Shown here: positions 21,362 through 31,294 of the stretch, piece after piece
How positions within the stretch are numbered: the stretch's first letter is position 1
Layout of the letters: each line of letters opens with the position of its first letter
Assembly: GCA_963761305.1 (NCBI GenBank)
Contig: CAVXGK010000002.1
Location: 960,001-1,024,000, forward strand
Length of the DNA: 64,000 nt
Reading direction: 5' to 3'
Origin: an uncultured Gemmatimonadaceae bacterium
GTDB lineage: Bacteria > Gemmatimonadota > Gemmatimonadetes > Gemmatimonadales > Gemmatimonadaceae
The notes under the pieces: model-generated
What the model was told of the DNA's origin: nothing
The model's input: only the letters and a program-made list of their open reading frames with translations
The model's database searches: none
Program-made: the position numbers and the translations under genes

Positions 21362-23099
21362 CCCACGTGAGTTGGACGATCGTCGCGCGTCCGTGCACGT
21401 CGTGCGCGGGAAGCGTCGTGTCGCGCAGCGCGACGTACAGGGCGCGCTGCTCGGCGGGCGACAGCGCGTCGCCGGATTTGATCGCCGCCTTGCACGCGAC
21501 GGTCGCCGCCAAGCGCTCGTGCCGCGAATGCTCGCTCGCGCCGCGGTCGCCGGTGATCGAGGCCAGCGTCTCGCGAAGACAGCGCTCGGGGTCGAAGCGC
21601 GGATGCGGCATCGGCACGGCACGCACGATGAGGGTGTGTCCGCCGAAGCCGTCGATCTCGAATCCCAACCCCTCGAACGCGGCGCGATTCTGCTCGAACG
21701 CCTCGGCCTCGGCGGGCCCGAGGTGCAGGGTCATGGGAAACAGCAGACGCTGCGCCGGCTGCTCGCCGCGCTCGAGCGCGCCCATGAACTGCTCGAACAA
21801 CACGCGTTCGTGTGCCGAGTGCTGGTCGATGAGCACGACGCCGTGCTCGTGCTCGAACGCGATGTACGTGCGATGGAGCTGGAAGAGCGGCGGAACGTCG
21901 ACGGTGGACGGCTGGACAGGTGGACTGTCCGGTTGACCGCTGGACTGCTGGGCCGGTGGACCGGACGGCTCCGCGAACAGACCATCAGGCACCGGCGGCG
22001 CCGAGGCGGGAATCGAGTTGAGCTGGCTCGTTTGCGGCGAGCCCAGGTCGAGCGGCGCGTGTGTCGGCCACACGCGCCGGCCGAACGTGGCGCTGGCGTC
22101 GAAGGTGCCGAGCGCGCGTCGCACCGCCGTCTCGATGGCGCGCTCGACGCTCCATCGATCGCGGAAGCGCACTTCGGCTTTGGCCGGATGCACGTTCACG
22201 TCCACGGAGTCCGCGGCAACGACGACGTCGAGAAACAGCGTCGGCCGAACACCCGCGGGAATCGTCGAGCGATAGGCCGTTTCGGCTGCCCGCGCGAGGC
22301 CCGCGTCGCGGACGGCGCGACCGTTCACGGAGAGAAAGACGCGCCGCGTCGCGGTGCCCGCGTCCGACGGCCGCTCGACGAGACCGGCGACGTGCGTCGT
22401 GCCGCTCACGTCGTCGACGTCGAGCAATCGTTCGGCGAACGGTCCGCCGTAAATTGCCGCCAACCGCTCGCGCGGCGTCGCACTCGCGGGCAGCGACAAG
22501 ATCGGGCGTCCGTCGTGCGCGAGCGAGATGCGCACGTCGCGGCGCGTGAGCGCCATCGTGGCGACGACGTCGAGAATGGCGCGCCATTCGGAACGCGCCC
22601 CGCGCAGAAACTTGAGCCGCGCGGGCGCGTTGAAGAACAGTCGCGCGGCGCGAACGGTCGTGCCGCGACGCCGGCTCGTCGCGTCGACGTCGATGACGCG
22701 TCCGGCGGCCGCGCGGACGAGCGTGCCCGCGCCGTCGTCGGGCGCGGTCTCGAGCTCGAGCTCCGACACGGAGCAGATGGCCGCCAAGGCCTCGCCGCGA
22801 AAGCCGAAGCTGCGCACGCCGACGAGATCGCCCGCCGAGCGAATCTTGGACGTCGCGTGACGTTCGAGCGCGAGGACGGCGTCGTCGCGCGACATGCCGG
22901 TGCCGTCGTCGCTCACGCGGATCGACTGCCGGCCGCCGTCCTCGATCGCGACGTCGATCGCGCGCGCGCCGGCGTCCAGCGCGTTCTCGATCAGTTCCTT
23001 GACGACGGACGCCGGCCGTTCGACGACTTCGCCCGCGGCGATTTGATCGGCGACGTCGCTCGGCAGGACGGCGATGCGCGGGGGAAGAGCGACGGTCAC
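21330..23099 (-). CDS. mutL: DNA mismatch repair protein MutL
   Basis: IAAGEVVERPASVVKELIEN, GFRGEAL, DVNVHPAK, DQHSAHERVLFE, ACKAAIK. Confidence 0.96.
   Translation of the reverse strand: MTVALPPRIAVLPSDVADQIAAGEVVERPASVVKELIENALDAGARAIDVAIEDGGRQSIRVSDDGTGMSRDDAVLALERHATSKIRSAGDLVGVRSFGFRGEALAAICSVSELELETAPDDGAGTLVRAAAGRVIDVDATSRRRGTTVRAARLFFNAPARLKFLRGARSEWRAILDVVATMALTRRDVRISLAHDGRPILSLPASATPRERLAAIYGGPFAERLLDVDDVSGTTHVAGLVERPSDAGTATRRVFLSVNGRAVRDAGLARAAETAYRSTIPAGVRPTLFLDVVVAADSVDVNVHPAKAEVRFRDRWSVERAIETAVRRALGTFDASATFGRRVWPTHAPLDLGSPQTSQLNSIPASAPPVPDGLFAEPSGPPAQQSSGQPDSPPVQPSTVDVPPLFQLHRTYIAFEHEHGVVLIDQHSAHERVLFEQFMGALERGEQPAQRLLFPMTLHLGPAEAEAFEQNRAAFEGLGFEIDGFGGHTLIVRAVPMPHPRFDPERCLRETLASITGDRGASEHSRHERLAATVACKAAIKSGDALSPAEQRALYVALRDTTLPAHDVHGRATIVQLTWDEIDRRFGRH
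21902..21964. repeat. Degenerate 8-bp tandem repeat (CCGGTGGA family) inside the mutL linker
   Basis: cggtgga cggctgga caggtgga ctgt ccggttga ccgctgga ctgctggg ccggtgga ccgg. Confidence 0.7.
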
Positions 23100-23146
23100 G
23101 GCGCCAAAGCTACCGGCGCGCCGCGCCGGCGGTCAATCGCAACCGG

Positions 23147-25549
23147 TCAATTGGCGATCTGCGACGCGTCCCGCGTGTCGAGGGAGATGAGCGCGGCGGA
23201 CTCCACCCAACCGTCGCGCCCGTCGTCGAGCCGCACGCGCGACCACGCGCCTTGGCGGCCGATCTCTCGCACCACTTCGCCGACGATGGCGGTCGGACCG
23301 CGTTCTCCGCCGATCTCTGGGTCGGAGGTCAGCGACGCGGTGCGGCGCAGCACGTCGAGGTGGCGACCCGCATCGCGTTCGCGCAGCTCGAATCCGGCCA
23401 GCACCACGATGCCGGCAGTGACGGCGAGCCACGCGAGTCGCGTGCGACGGACGATGGCACCGCGCCGTGCCCGCAGCGCCGCCCAGCTCCACGTCGCCAA
23501 CCAGAGCAGCGCCGCGACGAGGAAGATCCACTCGACCGGCACCGGAGCGACGAAGCCGCTCGACGTCCACGGCAACGAGTGAATCAGCTCGACGCGATCC
23601 CGCACGTCGGGGGCGAGCGGCTCGAGGCGCAGCGCGTGCTGCCACGCGGCGACGCTCCGAGCGGTGTCCGCCACGGCCCACGCCGCGGTGCCGAGGTTGG
23701 CCCACGCGTCGGGCGCGCGCGGTTCAGCGGCGACGGACTCGAGGAACGATTCGCGCGCCGCGACGAACTCGTGCCGCTGGTATGCCTCCACGCCGGCGTC
23801 GAACGCGCGCTGCGGATCGGTGTGCTTGGTGAGCGCGTGCGCTGCCGCCGCGCCGAGCGCCGCCATGAAGATCACACCGAGCACGCGCGTGACGATCTGC
23901 GCCCGCGGCAGCGACTCGTCGTCGACGGCACGGTACAGTCGCTCGGCACGCTCCGCGGCGTCGGAGGGCAGCGCGCCGCCGGACGCGAACGCCGCCTCGT
24001 CGAGCTCGCGCAAAAAGCGCTCGGCTTGCGTCGCGATGCCGGTGGAGACACCGCGCCGACGGAGCACGCGCGCCAACCCTCCGGCGCGGGTAAAGCTCTC
24101 CGGCTGAAGCGAGAGACGCTCGGAGAGCGCCGCGGCGTACGCGCGGCGCACGCTGGATGCGTCGCGCGTCTGCGCCGCCGCGCGAACGATCGCGCCGAGG
24201 CGCCGCGATGGCTCGTGCGCCCGCTCGGAGGGTCTGCGCTTCACGCTGCGTCGCCGCATCGTGATCGCCGGCAGCGGGGCGAGCGCGAGCAGCGCCCAGA
24301 ATGCGGGATACTCGTGAAGCGGCGTGCGCGGCGCTCCGCGATATCGCGGGCGGAGCGGGAGTAGCGTTTCCGTTCGCGCCGTGTCAGCCGAGGCGAGCGA
24401 TCCCGGCCCCACGTGCACGCGTGTGCTTCCCGTGGACGCGACCTCGTAACGGCGCGTGTCGGGGTTGAAATAGCCGTAGCGAATCGGCGGCACGTCCAGC
24501 TCGCCGGCGACTTTCGGCGTGAGCAGCCAATCGAATTCCTTCGAGCCGGCGATGTGACGAGCGCTGGTGTCGACCCGGACCCGCTCGTCGCCCTTCACGA
24601 GCGTCGCCCAGGGAACGCCAACCGCGGGCCGCGGGAAGAGCTTCACGTTCCCGGTGCCGATCACGCGCACCGTGAGCACCATCGGATCGCCGACGCGCGA
24701 CGCCGACGTGTCGAGGCGCGTCGCAACGCGGACGTTGCCGATGGCGCCGCCGAATTCGGCCGGGCGTCCCGCCGACGGCGGTTCCACGGCGATGAGGATC
24801 GTGCTGTCGGTCTCCAGCTCGTGCGTCTCTTCGCGGCTGAAGAAGCTCGCCGAGAGCGGCAACGAGTAGACGAGCTGCGCCGGCGGAATCGCGAAACGGC
24901 CGGGCATCAATGGAAAGAGCGCCCGCTGATACACGAGCGCGTCGAAGCAATGCGAGCCGCCCTCGCGCCTCGGGGGATTGGCGCGCGCCGGAAGATCGTA
25001 GGCGAGCATCGACTGCATGTCCGGCGGAAAGAACGTCGGATTTCTGCGCAGCCGATCGCGCACCGCCGCGTTCAGGAAGACGGCGACTTCGTAATTCGCC
25101 TGTTGGCCGACGTACACCGTCTCCGGCAGCGCGAGCGCGCGGAAATCGACGGAGAGGCTGGTGTCGATACGCGCCCGCGCGACCACCGCCGGCACCTGCG
25201 TGCGCCCGGCCGAGTGCACCGCGACCTGCACGGCCCGCGAACGGATCACCTGATTCCCGATGCGCGCCTCGAACGGCGCGAGCGTGTACGTGCCGGTGTG
25301 GTCGGTCGTGAGCACGTATCGATATTCCGCCGTCACCGACCCGTCGCCGCGATGGTCGTACGACAGATGCGGCACCGGCGACGACCGAAGAATGTCGAAC
25401 GGATAGAACGACGGCGGGATCACCCGCGGCGCCACGGATCCCCTGGCGCTCACCGCCACGCTCACCTCGAACGCCTCGCACGCCGACGCGGAGTCGGGCC
25501 CGTGCGCGACGATCGCGAGCTGCGCGATGACGGCGAGCGCGGCGATCAC
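23147..25549 (-). CDS. BatD-family protein fused to a BatE-like TPR/SH3 region
   Basis: BatD-like Ig repeats (FGGAIGN, GTGNVKL, PPIRYGYFNP), TM, TPR (DAWANLG), C-terminal WSRVRLDDGRDGWV. Confidence 0.75.
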   Translation of the reverse strand: MIAALAVIAQLAIVAHGPDSASACEAFEVSVAVSARGSVAPRVIPPSFYPFDILRSSPVPHLSYDHRGDGSVTAEYRYVLTTDHTGTYTLAPFEARIGNQVIRSRAVQVAVHSAGRTQVPAVVARARIDTSLSVDFRALALPETVYVGQQANYEVAVFLNAAVRDRLRRNPTFFPPDMQSMLAYDLPARANPPRREGGSHCFDALVYQRALFPLMPGRFAIPPAQLVYSLPLSASFFSREETHELETDSTILIAVEPPSAGRPAEFGGAIGNVRVATRLDTSASRVGDPMVLTVRVIGTGNVKLFPRPAVGVPWATLVKGDERVRVDTSARHIAGSKEFDWLLTPKVAGELDVPPIRYGYFNPDTRRYEVASTGSTRVHVGPGSLASADTARTETLLPLRPRYRGAPRTPLHEYPAFWALLALAPLPAITMRRRSVKRRPSERAHEPSRRLGAIVRAAAQTRDASSVRRAYAAALSERLSLQPESFTRAGGLARVLRRRGVSTGIATQAERFLRELDEAAFASGGALPSDAAERAERLYRAVDDESLPRAQIVTRVLGVIFMAALGAAAAHALTKHTDPQRAFDAGVEAYQRHEFVAARESFLESVAAEPRAPDAWANLGTAAWAVADTARSVAAWQHALRLEPLAPDVRDRVELIHSLPWTSSGFVAPVPVEWIFLVAALLWLATWSWAALRARRGAIVRRTRLAWLAVTAGIVVLAGFELRERDAGRHLDVLRRTASLTSDPEIGGERGPTAIVGEVVREIGRQGAWSRVRLDDGRDGWVESAALISLDTRDASQIAN

Positions 25550-27228
25550 CAGTCCTTTCCTCCAGGCGGCGGCTCGGGGCGGTTCGCCTTCTGGCGCTTG
25601 GACTGCGTGTCGCGCTCTTCGCGTGCCGCGCTGCCGAGGAGTTGCTCGGCTTGCTCCTGCCCGAGACCGCCCTGCGGTTGCGGCGCGTGCTGCTGCGGCG
25701 GCGTGCTCGACCCGCCGCCGCCTCCTCCGCCACCGCCGCCGCCACCTTTCTGCTTCTGTCGGAGCGCGAGCTCGTAGTTCCACTTGGCGTCCATGTCGTT
25801 CGGACGCATGAGCAACGCTTTCTTATAGACTGCCAAAGTGGAATCGAGCTCGCCGTTCTGCTCGCCGGGCGGCGACGCGAGGCCCGGCTTGAGGTGCGCC
25901 AAACCGAGATTGAACAGCGTACGGAAGCGCAACTCGTCGCGCTTGATGTCGGTGAGCGACCGGAGCGCATCGACCGCCGACGCGTTCGAGTCAGCCGCCA
26001 CGAGCGACGTGCCGAAGTTGTAGAGCGCCTCGGCCGACTTGTCGCCGCTGGCGATGGCGTCGCGGTAGAGCGACGCCGCGCGCGGGAACTGGCCGTGGTG
26101 AAACGCGTCGGCCGCCTGCTGGGAGCGCGTGAGGCGCGCGCAGCCGTTGAGCGAGACGGTCAGCAGCAGCCCTGCCGCGGCGGCCGTTTGCGCGGCCGAG
26201 CGCGGCGCGCGATGCCCGCGCCGTTCGGTCAGCAGCGTATCCAGCAACAGCAACAGCAGCGCCGGGAAAAGGAACCACTGGTAGCGAGGGGTCTTCGTCT
26301 CACCGCCCAGGCTCGAGCGCGCCTGGGTGCGCAACGTGGCGAGCGCGGACTTCACCCGGGCCGCCTTGTCGGTGGCGTCGGCCGGAATGAACGTCCCGCG
26401 CGCCGCGTCGGCGGCGCCTTTCAAGAACTCTGGATGGTAGTTGGTGATCACCGTGCTGCCGTTTTCATCTTTCTTGGTGGTCGTCGATCCATCAGGATTC
26501 TTGATCGGGATCGTCGTGCCTTCGGTCGTGCCGAACCCCACCGTCACCATGCTGATGTTCTGCTGGGCGGCGCGCTTCGATTCCGTCTCGACGTCCTCGA
26601 GCGGTTCGAACGCCTCCCCGTCGCTCATGACGACCAGTGCGCGATCTGCGCCACTGTTCGTCGCGCCGAGCAGGTCGACGCCCTGGTGGATGGTGCGCGC
26701 CAACGACGTGCCGGCCTGGCCGACCACGCTTGGATCGAGATTGTCGAGGAAGAGGTCGAGCGCGCCTTCATCGATGGTGAGCGGCGAGAGCACATAGCTT
26801 CGTCCGGCAAACGCGATGACGCCCATGCGGTCGCCCGGCGACAGCGCGCGCAGCCGACGCACCTCTTCCTTCATTCGCTCGAGGCGGCTGGGCCGCTCGT
26901 CCTGCGCGAGCATCGACAGCGACGCGTCGAGCGCGAGCACCATGTCGATGCCGCGCGAGCGCACCACGGTTCGTTCGTCGCCCCAGCGCGGCCCCGCGAC
27001 GGCGATCCCGACGAGCGAGCCGGCGACGCCGAGACGCACCATGCGCCAGCCCGGCTTCACGAGCGTCCGCGGCGGGATGATCCGCGAGATCACGTCCATC
27101 GTGCCGAGGCGATTGAGTCGCGCCTTCCGCTGCTTGTACGCGCGTCGTAGCACGAGCACGGCGAGCACCGGCAGCACGACGGCGAGCGCCAACAGGTACG
27201 GATAGTCGAACGTCATGTCGGGCGTCAC
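25546..27228 (-). CDS. VWA (BatB-like) protein fused to a BatC-like TPR domain
   Basis: DASLSM MIDAS, SDGE, TPRs with YNFG/FNLG/DAKWNYEL, EQAEQLL tail. Confidence 0.85.
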   Translation of the reverse strand: MTPDMTFDYPYLLALAVVLPVLAVLVLRRAYKQRKARLNRLGTMDVISRIIPPRTLVKPGWRMVRLGVAGSLVGIAVAGPRWGDERTVVRSRGIDMVLALDASLSMLAQDERPSRLERMKEEVRRLRALSPGDRMGVIAFAGRSYVLSPLTIDEGALDLFLDNLDPSVVGQAGTSLARTIHQGVDLLGATNSGADRALVVMSDGEAFEPLEDVETESKRAAQQNISMVTVGFGTTEGTTIPIKNPDGSTTTKKDENGSTVITNYHPEFLKGAADAARGTFIPADATDKAARVKSALATLRTQARSSLGGETKTPRYQWFLFPALLLLLLDTLLTERRGHRAPRSAAQTAAAAGLLLTVSLNGCARLTRSQQAADAFHHGQFPRAASLYRDAIASGDKSAEALYNFGTSLVAADSNASAVDALRSLTDIKRDELRFRTLFNLGLAHLKPGLASPPGEQNGELDSTLAVYKKALLMRPNDMDAKWNYELALRQKQKGGGGGGGGGGGGSSTPPQQHAPQPQGGLGQEQAEQLLGSAAREERDTQSKRQKANRPEPPPGGKDW

Positions 27229-28217
27229 GGGAGCGGGCCCCGACGCGCGGCGAGCATCAACTCGCCGAACAGGATCAGCGTGGCGAAGTACAGCGGCCAG
27301 CGGAAGAGCTCCGTGTAGCGCACGTACGAGCGCGTCCGTACCGGCTCGCGCTCGAGCTGGTCGATCTCCTGATAGATGCGCTGCAACGCCGCGGCGTCGC
27401 GCGCGCGGAAGTAGCGGCCGCCGGTCGTCTTGGCGATGTCGGCGAGCAGCGGCTCGTCGATGCGCACCAGACGATTCTCATACCGAAGTCCAAATAGCCC
27501 GCGTCCCACCGGAACCGGCGCCATGCCCTCGGTACCGACGCCGATCGTGTAGATCTTGATGCCGAAGACGGCAGCGGCCTTCGCCGCCGTGCGCGGGTCG
27601 ATCGCGCCGCGGTTGTTCTCGCCGTCGGTGAGGAGAATCATCACGCGCGACTGACCCGGCGCGTCGCGCAGCCGGTTGGCCGCGGTCGCGATCGCCGTGC
27701 CGATCGCCGTGCCGTCCTCGAGTTGCCCGGCGGAGAGGTTGTCCACCGCCAGGTTCACCACCGGATAGTCGGTCGTGAGCGGAACCTGCGTCAGCGCCTC
27801 GGACGCGAAGGCCACGACGCCGATTCGATCGCTCGTGCGCGACGCGATGAACCGCTTCACCACGTCCTTCGCGACCTCGAGCCGGTTGTTCGGCGTGAAA
27901 TCCTGCGCCAGCATCGAGCTCGAGAGGTCGATGCACAGGACGATGTTGATGCCCTCGCTCGTGACGTTCTCCGAGTGCGACCCGGTTCGCGGCCGCGACA
28001 GCGCGACGATCGTCGACGCGAGAAGGAGATTTCGAAGCACGAAGAGGATCAGCGTCGTGCGGCGGCCGGCCCGTGGTCCCTGCGCCAGCACGCCGACGCG
28101 CGAGAACACGATCGCCGGCGGTTTTCGGCGCCGCCGCATGATCCACCAGATGGGCAGCAACAGCAGGAACGCCAGCACCCATGGCGTCGCGAACTGAATT
28201 CGGCCGAAGGCAATCAT
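27225..28217 (-). CDS. batA: VWA domain protein BatA
   Basis: DLSSSM, NRLEVAK, GTAIG, LLTDGENNRG. Confidence 0.85.
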   Translation of the reverse strand: MIAFGRIQFATPWVLAFLLLLPIWWIMRRRRKPPAIVFSRVGVLAQGPRAGRRTTLILFVLRNLLLASTIVALSRPRTGSHSENVTSEGINIVLCIDLSSSMLAQDFTPNNRLEVAKDVVKRFIASRTSDRIGVVAFASEALTQVPLTTDYPVVNLAVDNLSAGQLEDGTAIGTAIATAANRLRDAPGQSRVMILLTDGENNRGAIDPRTAAKAAAVFGIKIYTIGVGTEGMAPVPVGRGLFGLRYENRLVRIDEPLLADIAKTTGGRYFRARDAAALQRIYQEIDQLEREPVRTRSYVRYTELFRWPLYFATLILFGELMLAARRGPLP

Positions 28218-29236
28218 GCGGCCTCCGCCGGCGAGGTAGGTGGCGGCGTGGGCTGTCTCGGCGACGGTGAGACGGGCGTCGCCGCCGGCTCGGCCGGTAT
28301 CGCCGCGTGCTCGACCGTGACGATGGCCCGTGCCTCACGTCCGAGATCCCGCGCCCGATCGGTGCTCACCGCGCGCCGCGCGAACTTGATCAGGTCGGCG
28401 TCGGTGAGGACGCGCGACAGTCGCGGCTCCGGGACGGTCGGGATTTCGCGCGCCGTTCGCTGCAATTCTGTGGACGTCAGCGACAAGGCGGCGCGCGTGT
28501 GCCGCGCGGCGAGATAGTCGCGCAGCACCTCGACCACCAGCGTCACGTAGCGCCCGCGCTCGCCCGCTTCCAGCAACGCCAGCCTTTCGATGCGCTCGAA
28601 CTCGGACTCGGCCTGCTGGAATGGGTCGATGACCGCGATCGGTTGCTCTTCGCGCCGGCGTCGGCGACTCCACCACCACCACATGATGAGTCCGACGGCG
28701 ATGGCGGCCAGCAACGCCCAGAGCCACCACGGGAACGGATTCACCTCGAACAAGTCCCGCGGCGGTTTGGGAACTCGCTTCGCGCTGTCAGCGGGCAGCA
28801 CGGACTTCACGAAGATCGCCGCGCCGGTGACCGGAACGCGCCGCGTCGCGCCGCCGAACTTCACGATGATGTCGTCGAGGCGAATCGCCTGCTTCCCGAC
28901 GTCCCACGCCGCCACACGATACTCGGCGTACTGCTCCACGGCCGAGGTGTCGGCGCTCGTGTGCACGTTCACCGGATCCAGCGATTGGACCGCGCCGGTC
29001 GAATCGAGCTCGCGCGGAAAATCGATCGTCGCGCCCAGCGGCGCCCGAATGCCGATCGTGACGCGGAACGGATCGCCGATTTTCACGCTGTCCGAGGCGA
29101 CGCGAACCGCGATCTTGACGTCGAACGCGTTTCGAACGGTTGGTGCTTTTTGTGCGGCCGCGGCGCCCGCCACGAGCGCGAGCGATGCCGCAGCCAGCAA
29201 CAGAAGGCGCGATCGCGCTCCGAGACGGCGCGTCAT
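28214..29236 (-). CDS. Bat-operon membrane protein (DUF4381-like)
   Basis: Signal peptide, Ig-like domain, TM, LRDYL...ADLIKFA motif; lies between DUF58 and batA. Confidence 0.7.
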   Translation of the reverse strand: MTRRLGARSRLLLLAAASLALVAGAAAAQKAPTVRNAFDVKIAVRVASDSVKIGDPFRVTIGIRAPLGATIDFPRELDSTGAVQSLDPVNVHTSADTSAVEQYAEYRVAAWDVGKQAIRLDDIIVKFGGATRRVPVTGAAIFVKSVLPADSAKRVPKPPRDLFEVNPFPWWLWALLAAIAVGLIMWWWWSRRRRREEQPIAVIDPFQQAESEFERIERLALLEAGERGRYVTLVVEVLRDYLAARHTRAALSLTSTELQRTAREIPTVPEPRLSRVLTDADLIKFARRAVSTDRARDLGREARAIVTVEHAAIPAEPAATPVSPSPRQPTPPPTSPAEAA

Positions 29237-30219
29237 CGCTGCACCCTCGTCTCGCGCGAGCGGAAGAATCGGAGCAGCGGCTCCATGATGCCGCGGTCCG
29301 TCCGCACCGCGATCTCGTCGATCGCCAGCCGTCGCAGCAAATGCTTCCGCCGATCGCTCTCTTCGGCGACGGCCGTGTTGTACCGATGCCGCACGCCGGG
29401 GTTGCTGGTGTCCACGTCGAGCGTGACTCCCGTCTCCGGGTCGACGAATCGCGCCAGCCCGACGTCCGGAAGCGTCCGCTCGCTCGGATCCTCGACCGTC
29501 ACCGCGACGACGTCGTGCCGCTGCGCGAGCAGCTTGAGCGGTCGCTCGATCGCTTCGCCGAGGAAATCGGAGACGAGAAAGATGATCGCCTTGTGCGAGA
29601 GCATCTTGTTGAGGTACTCCGTAGCGCCGGCGATGTCGGTGCCGCGCCCCTGTGGCTCGAACGCGAGAACGTCGCGGATGAGATGCAGCGCATGGCGGCG
29701 GCCCTTTTTCGGCGGCACGACGTGCTCGATGCGATCGGTGAACATCAGTCCGCCGACGCGATCGTTGTTGCGGATCGCCGACATCGTGAGCACCGCGGCC
29801 AGCTCGGACGCGACTTCACTCTTGAATCGCCGCCGCGTGCCGAACCGCTCGGAGCCCGAGACGTCGACCGCGAGCATCACCGTCAGCTCGCGCTCTTCGA
29901 TGTACCGCTTGACGTACGGCCGCTGCATGCGCGCCGTGACGTTCCAATCGATGCTGCGCACTTCGTCGCCGGCCTGATACTCGCGCACCTCGGAGAACTC
30001 CATGCCCTGCCCTTTGAACACCGACCGGTACTCGCCGGTGAACAAAGAATTCACAAGGCCGCGCGTGCGCAGCTCGAGCAGTTTGACCTGCCGCAACACG
30101 TCGGGCGGCACCGCGGGCGACGCGGTGCCCGACGTCGTCGCGACGGCGAAGGCGCCCGTTCGCCGCGGCGGCGGCGCGGGGGTCGGTTTCGGGGACCGCC
30201 GGAAAAGCGAGAACGCCAC
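29233..30219 (-). CDS. DUF58 domain protein
   Basis: GQGMEFSEVREYQAGDEVRSIDWNVTAR, DVSGS. Confidence 0.93.
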   Translation of the reverse strand: MAFSLFRRSPKPTPAPPPRRTGAFAVATTSGTASPAVPPDVLRQVKLLELRTRGLVNSLFTGEYRSVFKGQGMEFSEVREYQAGDEVRSIDWNVTARMQRPYVKRYIEERELTVMLAVDVSGSERFGTRRRFKSEVASELAAVLTMSAIRNNDRVGGLMFTDRIEHVVPPKKGRRHALHLIRDVLAFEPQGRGTDIAGATEYLNKMLSHKAIIFLVSDFLGEAIERPLKLLAQRHDVVAVTVEDPSERTLPDVGLARFVDPETGVTLDVDTSNPGVRHRYNTAVAEESDRRKHLLRRLAIDEIAVRTDRGIMEPLLRFFRSRETRVQR

Positions 30220-30264
30220 GTCAGGACTCGGGGTACGGCCTCGCGGTCCCTTGCATGCCGCGCA

Positions 30265-31287
30265 TCACGGGCTCTCGATCTTGGCGAAGACGCGCTGCAC
30301 GATCTGGTCGCTGGTCACGTCCTCCGCCTCGGCTTCATACGTCGTGAGCACGCGATGGCGGAGCACGTCGGGAGCGATCGCCTTCACGTCGTCGGGCGTC
30401 ACGAACGCGCGACCGCGCAGGAACGCGTGCGCCCGCGACGCTTGCGCCAGCGCGATCGTCGCGCGCGGGCTGGCGCCGAACTCGATCAGCGGCACGAGGT
30501 CCGGGAGTCCCGCCGCCGCCGGCTCGCGCGTGGCGAGCACGATGTCGACGATGTAGTCCACGATGCGGTCGTCCATGTACAACTCGGTGATGCGCCGCCG
30601 GGCGTCGAGGATCTGGTCCGGCTGCGCGACAGCGTCGACCTCGATCGGCTCGCCGCTCGACATGCGCCGCATGATCTCCTTCTCTTCGTCGCGCGTCGGA
30701 TAGCCGACGCGCAACTTGAGCATGAAGCGGTCGACCTGCGCTTCGGGCAGCGGGTACGTGCCCTCCTGCTCGATCGGGTTCTGCGTCGCCAGCACGAGGA
30801 ACGGCTCCTCGAGCTTGAACGTCGTGCCGCCGATCGTCACCTGCTTCTCCTGCATCGCCTCGAGCAGCGCCGCCTGCACCTTGGCCGGCGCGCGGTTGAT
30901 TTCGTCGGCGAGGATGATGTTGGCGAAGATCGGCCCGCGCTTCACCGAGAACTGACCGGTCGACTGATCGTACACCTGCGTGCCGACCACGTCGGCCGGG
31001 AGCAGGTCGGGCGTGAACTGAATGCGGTGGAAGGTCGTGTCGATCGTCTCGGCGAGCGTCCGAACCGTCAGCGTCTTCGCCAGGCCCGGCACGCCTTCGA
31101 GCAGCACGTGGCCGCCGGTGAGGATGCTGATCAGCAGCCGGTCGACCATATAGTCCTGGCCGACGACACGTTTGGCGACTTGACGCGCGACTTCCTGAAC
31201 GAGCTTGGAATCCGCCGCGTTGGAAACCTGAGTTGTGGCCACGTTCGATGAGGTTCGAGGTTGCGAGTGGCCGGGGACTCCGGTCAC
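30265..31287 (-). CDS. moxR: MoxR family AAA+ ATPase
   Basis: GVPGLAKT, RIQFTPDLLPAD, DEINRA, ATQNPIEQEGTYPLPEAQVDRF; start uncertain. Confidence 0.93.
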   Translation of the reverse strand: MTGVPGHSQPRTSSNVATTQVSNAADSKLVQEVARQVAKRVVGQDYMVDRLLISILTGGHVLLEGVPGLAKTLTVRTLAETIDTTFHRIQFTPDLLPADVVGTQVYDQSTGQFSVKRGPIFANIILADEINRAPAKVQAALLEAMQEKQVTIGGTTFKLEEPFLVLATQNPIEQEGTYPLPEAQVDRFMLKLRVGYPTRDEEKEIMRRMSSGEPIEVDAVAQPDQILDARRRITELYMDDRIVDYIVDIVLATREPAAAGLPDLVPLIEFGASPRATIALAQASRAHAFLRGRAFVTPDDVKAIAPDVLRHRVLTTYEAEAEDVTSDQIVQRVFAKIESP

Positions 31288-31294
31288 CGATGCA

